A stretch of 38,893 bases of DNA from Planctomycetaceae bacterium UBA4655 (GTDB lineage Bacteria > Planctomycetota > Planctomycetia > Pirellulales > UBA1268): contig DHLZ01000040.1 in assembly GCA_002405515.1 (NCBI GenBank), forward strand, positions 1-38,893. The letters are read 5' to 3'. The notes beneath the pieces were generated by a model. The model worked only from the letters and a program-made list of their open reading frames with translations, did no database searches and was not told the origin of the DNA. Position 1 is the stretch's first letter. The number at the start of each line of letters is the position of its first letter. The translations under genes were made by a program, and so were the position numbers. This document shows positions 18,214 through 26,632 of the stretch, in pieces.

Positions 18214-19314
18214 ATGATCATCACCCGCACTCCGTTTCGGCTTTCGTTTTTTGGCGGTGGCACCGACTACCCGTCTTGGTATCGAGCTCATGGCGGCGCT
18301 GTTCTCGCCACGACGATCGACAAGTACTGTTACATCTCGTGCCGGGAACTGCCCCCGTTCTTCGAGCATCGCATCCGCATCGTCTACTCGAAGATCGAGA
18401 ACTGCAGCACCATCGAGCAAATCTCACACCCGGCGGTGCGTGCCGTGCTGCAGATGTTGGACGTGCGTCGCGGAATCGAGATTCATCACGACGGCGACCT
18501 GCCAGCCCGCAGCGGAATGGGTTCGAGTTCTGCCTTCACGGTTGGCCTGTTGAACGCCGCGCATGCCCTCGAGGGGCGAATGATCAGCAGCGAGGCCCTC
18601 GCGGAACAAGGCATCCACATTGAGCAGGAACTGCTGCGAGAGACCGTCGGCTCACAGGACCAGGTGTGCGCGGCCTACGGGGGGTTCAATCACGTCCGGT
18701 TCTCAACGTCGGGTGACATCTCCGTTCAACCGGTAATCATGCCCCGCGAGCGCCTCGACGAACTCCGTTCGTCGTTGATGTTGTTCTACACCGGCATCAA
18801 GCGGACGGCCGCCGACGTCGCCGATACCTACGTCCCAAATCTCGAGGCGAAGAAACGTGAACTGCGGCTGATGCGGGACATGGTAGACGAAGCACTTCAA
18901 GTGCTGGGTGGGTCTCGGGAATTGACCGAGTTCGGAAGATTGATGCACGAATCGTGGCTTATGAAGCGTTCCCTGAGTTCGGCGGTATCCTCGACGGCGA
19001 TCGACGCCATGTATTCCGCCGCCATGGAGGCCGGCGCGCTTGGTGGCAAAATAACCGGCGCCGGAGGCGGCGGGTTCCTGCTGCTCTACGTACCTTCAGC
19101 GCGACAGACCGCGGTCCGGGAGCGTCTGCACGATCTCCTGCACGTGCCGTTTGATTTCGAGTCCTCCGGAAGCAAGGTGATCTTCTACGACGCCGACCCC
19201 GATTACTCGCACGTGAACGCCGATGCGCAGGGCAGGGCGTTCGTCGCAGCACGCGAAATGCGACCCCTGCTCGCGCCTGCCCGCGACGCGACGGCGCTCG
19301 GAGGGGATGCATGA
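18214..19314 (+). CDS. hddA: GHMP kinase, D-glycero-D-manno-heptose 7-phosphate kinase-like
   Basis: MIITRTPFRLSFFGGGTD, LPARSGMGSSS, GSQDQ and GGKITGAGGGGF motifs. Confidence 0.88.
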   Translation: MIITRTPFRLSFFGGGTDYPSWYRAHGGAVLATTIDKYCYISCRELPPFFEHRIRIVYSKIENCSTIEQISHPAVRAVLQMLDVRRGIEIHHDGDLPARSGMGSSSAFTVGLLNAAHALEGRMISSEALAEQGIHIEQELLRETVGSQDQVCAAYGGFNHVRFSTSGDISVQPVIMPRERLDELRSSLMLFYTGIKRTAADVADTYVPNLEAKKRELRLMRDMVDEALQVLGGSRELTEFGRLMHESWLMKRSLSSAVSSTAIDAMYSAAMEAGALGGKITGAGGGGFLLLYVPSARQTAVRERLHDLLHVPFDFESSGSKVIFYDADPDYSHVNADAQGRAFVAAREMRPLLAPARDATALGGDA

Positions 19315-19943
19315 CGAATTTTTCGACCGAGCCACTCCCGGCGCTGACGCCCCGGCAACTGATCGCTTTCGAGGAGGACATCGCCGCCGAATTCAACGCC
19401 GCCAAGATCCGGGCGCCCGTGCACCTGTCGTATGGAAATGAGGAGGCGCTGATTGCGATCTTTCGCCGCGTGAACCCCCAGGATTGGGTGCTTGGGTCCT
19501 GGCGCAGTCACTACCAGTGCCTGCTGAAGGGCGTGCCCCCGGATCGCGTAAAGGCGGAGATCATGTCGGGCCGGTCGATCTCTCTCTGCTTTCCCGAATA
19601 TCGAATCATCTCCTCGGCGATCGTGACCGGTGTCCTGCCCATCGCCGTGGGCATCGGTCTAGCCATGAAGCGGGAAGGGTCTGACAGTGTCGTGCACTGC
19701 TTCATGGGCGAGATGACCGCCGAAACCGGGGTGGCCCACGAGTGCATCAAGTACAGCCGTCGGTGGAACCTGCCGATCCACTGGATCATCGAGGACAATG
19801 GAAAGTCCGTGTGTACCGACACGCGGGCGGTGTGGAATTGCTCAGACTTGAGTTACGAGAATAGTGACGATCCGCGGATCACCTACTACCGTTATGAATC
19901 CAAGTATCCGCACGCCGGAGCCGGCGTCAGGGTCCAGTTCTGA
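19311..19943 (+). CDS. TPP-dependent dehydrogenase E1 alpha-like subunit (short)
   Basis: PVHLSYGNEE, WRSHY, SSAIV and a TPP-binding segment FMGEMTAETG...IIEDN. 210 aa, ATGA overlap with hddA. Confidence 0.85.
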   Translation: MTNFSTEPLPALTPRQLIAFEEDIAAEFNAAKIRAPVHLSYGNEEALIAIFRRVNPQDWVLGSWRSHYQCLLKGVPPDRVKAEIMSGRSISLCFPEYRIISSAIVTGVLPIAVGIGLAMKREGSDSVVHCFMGEMTAETGVAHECIKYSRRWNLPIHWIIEDNGKSVCTDTRAVWNCSDLSYENSDDPRITYYRYESKYPHAGAGVRVQF

Positions 19944-19945
19944 AC

Positions 19946-20482
19946 ATGCGCTACGCCGACGCCTTGAAACAAGCGATGGACATGCTCGCGAAGGATCCGC
20001 GGGTCATCTTCCTGGGGCAGGCTGTCGCCTGCCCGGGAACCGCCATGTCCAACACGCTCGTCGATGTGCCGGCCGACCGGCGCATCGAATTGCCCGTTGA
20101 CGAGGAAATGCAGATGGGCATGACGAACGGTCTCGCCCTGACGGGCAAGATACCCGTGACGATCTTTCCCCGCTGGAACTTCCTGCTGCTCGCCATCAAC
20201 CAAATCGTGAATCACCTCGACAAGTTTTCCGTAATGTCGAACGGCGGTTACTGCCCTAAGGTGATCATCCGCACCGGCATCGGCGCCGAGCGTCCCCTGC
20301 ATCCGCAGCACCAGCACGTCGGCGATTACACCGATGCGTTGCGATCCATGTGCACCACCATCGAGGTGATCCGTCTTGAGGAACCCGAGCAGGTCGTGCC
20401 AGCGTACCGCCACGGCCTCGAGCGTCAGGACGGACGCAGCACGCTGATCGTGGAATACGGCGACTTTTACAACGAGAAGTGA
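19946..20482 (+). CDS. TPP-dependent E1 beta/transketolase pyrimidine-binding subunit (lacks C-terminal domain)
   Basis: YADALKQAM...VIFLGQAV, IELPVDEEMQMG...GLAL, LAINQIVNH and PQH motifs. 178 aa. Confidence 0.85.
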   Translation: MRYADALKQAMDMLAKDPRVIFLGQAVACPGTAMSNTLVDVPADRRIELPVDEEMQMGMTNGLALTGKIPVTIFPRWNFLLLAINQIVNHLDKFSVMSNGGYCPKVIIRTGIGAERPLHPQHQHVGDYTDALRSMCTTIEVIRLEEPEQVVPAYRHGLERQDGRSTLIVEYGDFYNEK

Positions 20483-20485
20483 TTC

Positions 20486-21703
20486 GTGGCCTCGCCTGCA
20501 CACGTTCTCATAGCCGATTCCGGAGGCGTCGAACCGCTCGGGCCTTGGCCCCTGATGGTGGAGAACATCACCCGGCATGACCTCGATAACGTCGTCCGTT
20601 TTCTGTCGGCCGACACGCCCATTCTCACGCAGTCGCGCAACGTGGCGGCGTTCGAGCAGGAGTGGGCCGAGTGGCTCGGTGTTCGCCATTGCGTGTTCGT
20701 GAATTCCGGGTCGTCGGCCAATCAAATAACCATGTCCGCCCTGCGCGAGCGGGCCGGCCTCGGCGAGATCATCGTGCCGACGCTTACCTGGGTCTCCGAT
20801 ATCGCATCCGTCCTGCAGGCGGGTTTTACGCCCGTTTTCGTGGACATCGATCCGCGGACGCTCGGCATGGATCTCGGGCACGTGCTCGACCGAATCACGC
20901 CGCGCACGAAGGGCGTCTTCCTGACGCACATTCTCGGGTACGACGCGCTGACGGATGAGTTCCTCGATGCGTTGCAAGCTACGGGAGTGCCCCTGATCGA
21001 GGACGTCTGCGAGTCCCATGGCGCGACGCACGGAGGGCGAAAGCTCGGCTCGTTCGGGCTGGCATCGAATTTTTCCTTCTACTACGCCCACCACCTGAGC
21101 ACCATCGAAGGGGGCATGGTCTGCACCGACGACGACGACCTGTACCACACCGTGCGAATGATGCGATCGCACGGAATGGTCCGTGAGAGTCCGAGTGACG
21201 CGGTCAAGGAGGCGTATTGCCGGAATCATCCGGACTTGAACCCGGACTTCATCTTCGCCTTCCCCGCCTACAACTTCCGGAGCACGGAAATCAACGCCGT
21301 GATCGGTCGCAGCCAACTGCCGCGGCTCGACGCCAACAACGTACGGCGCAGCGAAAACCTTGCTGCGTTTCTGGATTCGCTTGACGGCCAGCGTTACCGC
21401 ACCGACTTCAAGCGGGAAGGAAGTAGCAACTACGCGTTCACGCTCGTGCTGCGGGAGCCCGATCACGACCTGCGGGATCGGGTGGAGAGCCGGCTGCGAG
21501 CCGAGAAGGTAGAGTTCCGGAGGGGTACCTCAGGCGGCGGCAACCAACTCCGTCAACCGTATCTGCGGCGGCTGTTCGGCGACGAATACCGAAAGTATCC
21601 ACGGGTCGATCACGTCCATTTCTTCGGGTGGTACATTGGAAACTACCCCGCGCTCGATATCGGTCGAGTTCAGGGGCTGTGCAACGTGCTAAACGAATTG
21701 TGA
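20486..21703 (+). CDS. DegT/DnrJ-fold PLP enzyme, ColD-like NDP-4-keto-sugar 3-dehydratase
   Basis: VNSGSSAN, IEDVCESHGA and FSFYYAHHLSTIEGG, with His where aminotransferases have the PLP lysine. No Cys cluster as in the Fe-S E1 dehydrase. Confidence 0.82.
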   Translation: MASPAHVLIADSGGVEPLGPWPLMVENITRHDLDNVVRFLSADTPILTQSRNVAAFEQEWAEWLGVRHCVFVNSGSSANQITMSALRERAGLGEIIVPTLTWVSDIASVLQAGFTPVFVDIDPRTLGMDLGHVLDRITPRTKGVFLTHILGYDALTDEFLDALQATGVPLIEDVCESHGATHGGRKLGSFGLASNFSFYYAHHLSTIEGGMVCTDDDDLYHTVRMMRSHGMVRESPSDAVKEAYCRNHPDLNPDFIFAFPAYNFRSTEINAVIGRSQLPRLDANNVRRSENLAAFLDSLDGQRYRTDFKREGSSNYAFTLVLREPDHDLRDRVESRLRAEKVEFRRGTSGGGNQLRQPYLRRLFGDEYRKYPRVDHVHFFGWYIGNYPALDIGRVQGLCNVLNEL

Positions 21704-21718
21704 GCGAGGCTCGTGCGA

Positions 21719-23242
21719 ATGGACCGACCTCTCGACGTTCTGTTCGTCAATGCCGACTCGAGTCTTGCCGCCTATCAGGGCTTGAGCGAGATGTTCTCGG
21801 CGATCGAGCCACCGACCTGGGCGCTCCTGCTTGCGGCATCGTGCCGATCGCAAGGCTTCGGTGTCGGCATTCTCGACTGCACGGCGGAGCGTCTCGACGT
21901 CACAGAGGCGTGCAGCCGGATCGCCGACGCAACGCCGCGACTCGTATGTTTTGTGGTCTACGGCCAGAATCCCAACTCTGGCACCACCAACATGATCGGA
22001 GCCGTCGCTCTCGCTGACCGGCTCAAGCAAGAACACCCTTCCTCGCGTACCTGCTTCGTCGGCTCTCACGTCAGCGCGTTGCCGCTGGAAGTGCTTCAGT
22101 TGCCGAGCGTGGATTTCGTGCTGCTCAATGAGGGCGTCTACGCGCTGTGGAACCTGCTCGGCACGGACCTCGAGTCGGGCCTTCGGGCGATCCGGGGAAT
22201 CGGCTTCAAGGACGACGGCCACGCCGTGTTAAACGAGGCGGAGCGGGTCGTTCCGCAGGAGCGGATGGACGCTGACCTTCCCGGGTACGCGTGGGATCTA
22301 CTGCCGCGGCGGGCGGCGCCACTCGACCTGTATCGCGCCCATTTCTGGCACGCGAACTTCGACCACGGGCGACGAACGCCGTTCGCGGCACTGAACACGT
22401 CACTCGGATGCCGGTTCCGCTGCGACTTCTGCATGATCAACATCGTGAACCGTACTGACAACGGCCTGGACGTTTCGGCCGCGTCATCACCGCTGATGCG
22501 TTTTTGGTCACCGGAATTCATGCTCCGGCAATTTGACGAACTGGCGGCAATGGGTGTCACGACCGTGCGGCTGTCCGACGAGATGTTCTTTCTGGACAAG
22601 CGATACTTCGAGCCGCTGCTTGAGGGACTGGTGGCGCGCGGACACGGCTTCCACATGTGGGCCTATTCGCGAGTGGACACGGTACGCCCGCGCTATCTAG
22701 AACTTTTCAGGAAGGCTGGGATCGAATGGCTTGCTCTCGGTGTCGAGGCCGCAAACCAGGAGATTCGCCGTGAGGTCTCCAAGGGCACGTTCGAGGAAGT
22801 CAACATCCGTGAGGTCGTTGGCGTCGTGCGCGACAGCGGAATAAATGTAATCTCCAACTACATTTTCGGCTTCCCGGACGACACTCGCGAAACCTTGCAG
22901 CAGACGCTCGACCTGGCTCTCGAATTGAACACCGAGATGGCGAATATGTATCCTTGCCAGGCACTTCCGGGCAGCCCCTTATACGTCGAGGCGAAGCGGA
23001 ATGGATGGCCGCTGCCGGATTCCTTCGCAGGATATGCGTTCCTTTCCTACGAAAGCCAGCCGCTGCCGACTCGCCACCTGTCCGCCGCGGACGTGTTGCG
23101 ATTCCGAGACGATGCCTGGCACACGTATTTCACGAACCCGGCATACCTGGCGATCGTCGAAAGCAAGTTCGGCGCGGAGCAGCGCGCGAACGTGGAGGCG
23201 ATGGCCCGCCATAGGCTTCGCCGACGCCTGCTCGGTGATTGA
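21719..23242 (+). CDS. Cobalamin-binding radical SAM enzyme (class B methyltransferase-like)
   Basis: N-terminal B12-binding-like domain (EPPTWALLLA, VGSHVSALP, NEG), TSLGCRFRCDFC (CxxxCxxC), LGVEAA, YIFGFPDDT and LPGSPLY. Confidence 0.88.
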   Translation: MDRPLDVLFVNADSSLAAYQGLSEMFSAIEPPTWALLLAASCRSQGFGVGILDCTAERLDVTEACSRIADATPRLVCFVVYGQNPNSGTTNMIGAVALADRLKQEHPSSRTCFVGSHVSALPLEVLQLPSVDFVLLNEGVYALWNLLGTDLESGLRAIRGIGFKDDGHAVLNEAERVVPQERMDADLPGYAWDLLPRRAAPLDLYRAHFWHANFDHGRRTPFAALNTSLGCRFRCDFCMINIVNRTDNGLDVSAASSPLMRFWSPEFMLRQFDELAAMGVTTVRLSDEMFFLDKRYFEPLLEGLVARGHGFHMWAYSRVDTVRPRYLELFRKAGIEWLALGVEAANQEIRREVSKGTFEEVNIREVVGVVRDSGINVISNYIFGFPDDTRETLQQTLDLALELNTEMANMYPCQALPGSPLYVEAKRNGWPLPDSFAGYAFLSYESQPLPTRHLSAADVLRFRDDAWHTYFTNPAYLAIVESKFGAEQRANVEAMARHRLRRRLLGD

Positions 23243-23334
23243 GCAAGGCCAGTCCCGACGATGCGTGATGGAATCGTTGAAGGCGGGTGTGCCGGGCAGG
23301 AACGGCTGGTGTTAAAGTGCAGGAGAAACACCGT

Positions 23335-24291
23335 ATGCATGCTGACGATCCGGTGTTCGTTGCCGGCGGCGAGACAACGATCGGCCGCGCCGTTGTCCGG
23401 GGACTGGCTCGGTGCGGGCTAACGAACATCGCCGCGCCGTCGCGCGACGAGCTGGATATCACCGACGTCGGGGCCGTGAGCGACTTTATCGCGCGTACGC
23501 GGCCACGGTTCATCCTCGTGGCGGCGGGCCGTTCGGGCGGCATCGGCCTCAACCGACGCCTTCCCGCGGAACTGATGCTCGACAACCTCCGCGTCGCCAC
23601 GAGCATCCTGTCGGCAGCGGCACACCGCGGAGTGGAACGCCTTCTCTACCTGGCGAGTTCCTGTTGCTACCCTCGGCACTGCCCGCAGCCCATGCGACCG
23701 GAACATCTGGGTACGGGCTTATTGGAGCCTACGAGCGAGGCCTACGCCACCGCGAAGCTCGCGGCGATCCGACTTTGCCAGGCACTGCATGCCGAAAGGA
23801 GTGCGCCGTTCCTCGCGGCCATCCCGGCGGACGTGTTCGGTCCCGACTCGAGTTTCGACCCTGAGGATTCCCACGTCATTCCAGCGCTCATCGCCCGCTT
23901 ACACTCGGCCGCAAGGGAAGGCCAACCGCACGTTGCGCTCTGGGGAACCGGGACTCCCCGGAGGGAATTCCTGTTCGCAGACGACCTCGGCGACGCCTGT
24001 GTAACCGTCATACAGTATTACGCCGGTTGCGGGCCAATCAATCTCGGGGGTGGTCATGAAATGACGATCCGCGATGTAGCCACCGCGATTGCAGACGTGG
24101 TCGGGTATCGCGGCCAACTGATCTTCGACACCAGCCGGCCCGATGGCATGCCGAGAAAACTGCTCGACAGCTCGGAGTTGCGTGCCTTGGGATGGAGGCC
24201 GGCGACGCCATTTCGCACGGCATTGGAGTCGACCTACCAGGCATTCCTCCGCCACCTTACGGAATCGCCGAACGCGGCCTCTGGCCTCTGA
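23335..24291 (+). CDS. GDP-L-fucose synthase family epimerase/reductase (Fcl/ColC-like)
   Basis: GGIGLN, SSCCYP, LEPTSEAYATAK, SHVIPAL, WGTGTPRREFL and PDGMPRKLLD motifs. AGGAG ribosome-binding site before ATG 23335. Confidence 0.88.
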   Translation: MHADDPVFVAGGETTIGRAVVRGLARCGLTNIAAPSRDELDITDVGAVSDFIARTRPRFILVAAGRSGGIGLNRRLPAELMLDNLRVATSILSAAAHRGVERLLYLASSCCYPRHCPQPMRPEHLGTGLLEPTSEAYATAKLAAIRLCQALHAERSAPFLAAIPADVFGPDSSFDPEDSHVIPALIARLHSAAREGQPHVALWGTGTPRREFLFADDLGDACVTVIQYYAGCGPINLGGGHEMTIRDVATAIADVVGYRGQLIFDTSRPDGMPRKLLDSSELRALGWRPATPFRTALESTYQAFLRHLTESPNAASGL

Positions 24292-24293
24292 TT

Positions 24294-25514
24294 ATGAAAC
24301 AGACCAAACCCGTTGTGGTTTACCTGCACCGGTATCCGCCGGAGACCGAGGCCCTGCAGTGGCCGGCATTACGTGCGTTGGCCGACGTGCTGGCCCCAAC
24401 GCACGAACTCGTCTACTGCTGCATGGGACCGGGCAACGGCCACCGCGATGCTGGGATTCGACGATCCATGCGCGTGATCGAACTGCCCTTCACGGTCAAT
24501 CAGGCAGACGGACGCGACAAGTGGCTCAAGACCTTACGTTGGTACAGGCACCTTGGAGGCCTCTTGGCCCGCATACGGGCTTTGCGTCCGGCAGTGATCA
24601 TCTGCAAGGAGACGCTGCCCTTCATTCCCGGGCGAGTCGCCGCGCTGGGAATTCCGACGATCATCGAAACCAGCGACTGGTGGTGGTCGATCCTGCTGGG
24701 TGGCACGGCCCCGGGGCGTTGCCTTGCGGATAGCCTCGAGGCGCATGAAGTGCGGACGTGGAACAAGCCACACGTGCGGGCGACGGTCAGCACCCACGCC
24801 GAGGCCCGGCTACTCGAACAGAAAGGCTTCGCAGGCGACAAGATCGTGGTGATCAACGCCCCGCAAAACCCCAGCATCTTCCGGCCCCTGGATCCGCAGC
24901 CTACGAAGGCGGAATTGGGGCTGGACGAACGGCACAAGCAGGTTGCCATATTCGGCATCATCCGCGCCGGCAAGGGCTATGACCAACTACTCGACTGGTG
25001 GAAGATCGCAGTTGCCCGCCATCCTGATTGGCGGCTCGTGATCATCGGTGGCGCTGGCGGCGAGTCATGGTGCCGCCGTGAGATCGCCAAGCGTCGACTC
25101 GAGCCGTTTGTGGACATGACCGGCTGGCTGTCCACCAAGGAGGAAGTGAACAAGTGGCTCAACGCGATGGATGCCCTGCTTGCGCATCGCCGTAATTCTT
25201 CCGACAACCAGGGAATCATTCCTAGCGCTCTCTATAACGGGCTCTCCACGGGCCGGCCGGTCGTAGCGACAGGCCTGCCAGGCATGGCAGAGATAGTGAG
25301 AGACGGAGTCGACGGCTTTCTCTTCAAGCCAGACGATCGCGATAGTTTTATCGCCACGCTCGAGCGAGCCTTGGAAAACCCAGCGAATTCGGCGCAGATA
25401 GGCCGTGCTGGCATGGCACGCGCAGCCGCTTGTTTCGACCCACAAAGGGCCGCCGATGAGCACCTTGCCCTGATTCATCGGCTAACGCGATCGGCTCGTT
25501 CCCAAACGACCTAA
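24294..25514 (+). CDS. Glycosyltransferase family 4 (GT-B)
   Basis: FGIIRAGKGYD, LVIIGG and GRPVVATGLPGMAEIVRDGVDGFLF C-terminal GT-B motifs. Confidence 0.85.
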   Translation: MKQTKPVVVYLHRYPPETEALQWPALRALADVLAPTHELVYCCMGPGNGHRDAGIRRSMRVIELPFTVNQADGRDKWLKTLRWYRHLGGLLARIRALRPAVIICKETLPFIPGRVAALGIPTIIETSDWWWSILLGGTAPGRCLADSLEAHEVRTWNKPHVRATVSTHAEARLLEQKGFAGDKIVVINAPQNPSIFRPLDPQPTKAELGLDERHKQVAIFGIIRAGKGYDQLLDWWKIAVARHPDWRLVIIGGAGGESWCRREIAKRRLEPFVDMTGWLSTKEEVNKWLNAMDALLAHRRNSSDNQGIIPSALYNGLSTGRPVVATGLPGMAEIVRDGVDGFLFKPDDRDSFIATLERALENPANSAQIGRAGMARAAACFDPQRAADEHLALIHRLTRSARSQTT

Positions 25515-26473
25515 AGGTTTCGAGAGCGGCCTTTCAGTCCGACCGTCTTCCGCACCAGATAGAGCGGTCGGTCGATGACCTCGGTGTGGATGTGGCCGAT
25601 GTAGATAGCCACCAGCCCGATGCAGGCGAGCACGACGCCGTTCATGATGACGTTCGTGACGATGACGAACGCGATCGGCGTGAAGCCGAACCGGCCTCCC
25701 AGCCAGAAGCGGTCGCACAGCATGAACATAAGCAAAAGGCCGAAGGCGGTGATCACGAAAACGCCCAGGTAGCCCGCCAGCTTCAGTGGCACGAGCGAAA
25801 ACGCCATGAAGCTGTTGAGGGCGAGTTGCAGCAGTCGCGAGTAGCTGTATCCGGGCTTTCCCGAGTGGCGTTTGGGAGCCTCGAAATCGATGAACGTCTT
25901 CTTGTAGCCCATCCAGTCGATGAGCCCGCGGACCATCCGGTTGTTTTCCGTAAACTGCTTGAGCGCATCAACGACGATCCGATCGAGCAGCCGGAAATCG
26001 GTCGTCCCCGGCTCCATCTTGAACTCCGAGATAGAATTCAAGAGCCAGTAAAATAGGTTTGAGCCGAGCCGACGCAGAAGTGGCTGCCGATCCATCTTGG
26101 TTCGCTTGGTCGCGACGATCTCATAGCCCTGCTCCCACTTGCGGATCATCTCGGGGATGTACGCGGGAGGGTGCTGTAGATCGGCGTCCATGATGATCAC
26201 GGCATCACATTCGAGGGCATGGATGCCCGCCGTGAGCGCAAGTTCCTTGCCGAAGTTGCGGGAAAGCTCGATCAAGCCAATCCGAGGATCGGCGGCGGCT
26301 AGAACCTCGAGTTGTGCCACGCTATCGTCACGGCTGCCGTCATCGACAAATAGCAGTTGAAAGTCGTACCGGGTCAGGTCGGCGATGACGCGTTCGATCG
26401 CTTGCACAAGCGCGACAATGTTGCCGCTCTCGTTGTAGATCGGGATCAGGATGGCAACCTGCTGTCGTGTCAT
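25511..26473 (-). CDS. GT2 polyprenyl-phosphate glycosyltransferase (GtrB/ArnC-like)
   Basis: IPIYNE, VDDGSRD, LSRNFGKE, MDADLQHPP, DFRLLDR and two C-terminal transmembrane helices. Start trimmed to MTRQQ at 26473. Confidence 0.92.
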   Translation of the reverse strand: MTRQQVAILIPIYNESGNIVALVQAIERVIADLTRYDFQLLFVDDGSRDDSVAQLEVLAAADPRIGLIELSRNFGKELALTAGIHALECDAVIIMDADLQHPPAYIPEMIRKWEQGYEIVATKRTKMDRQPLLRRLGSNLFYWLLNSISEFKMEPGTTDFRLLDRIVVDALKQFTENNRMVRGLIDWMGYKKTFIDFEAPKRHSGKPGYSYSRLLQLALNSFMAFSLVPLKLAGYLGVFVITAFGLLLMFMLCDRFWLGGRFGFTPIAFVIVTNVIMNGVVLACIGLVAIYIGHIHTEVIDRPLYLVRKTVGLKGRSRNL

Positions 26474-26504
26474 TGTTTCCGAATCTATTGTTTCCGAATC
26501 TATT
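26472..26504. repeat. 15-bp tandem duplication at the GT2 start
   Basis: ATTGTTTCCGAATCT twice (26472-26486, 26487-26501) plus ATT. Confidence 0.9.
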
Positions 26505-26632
26505 CGCGGTGCGGGAACCACTCAACATAGTGCCCGCAAAAAGCCAGGTTCTCTTCTGCCACCGCCAATCAGCAATACCTCGCGCTGATCACACGGCCAA
26601 CGCTGCTCCTCGATGCTGTGCAGGCATTCGTG

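Noticed and set aside
19311-20482. Housekeeping pyruvate dehydrogenase pdhA/pdhB
   Set aside because: Both subunits are far too short, no E2 or E3 gene is present, and the context is sugar biosynthesis.
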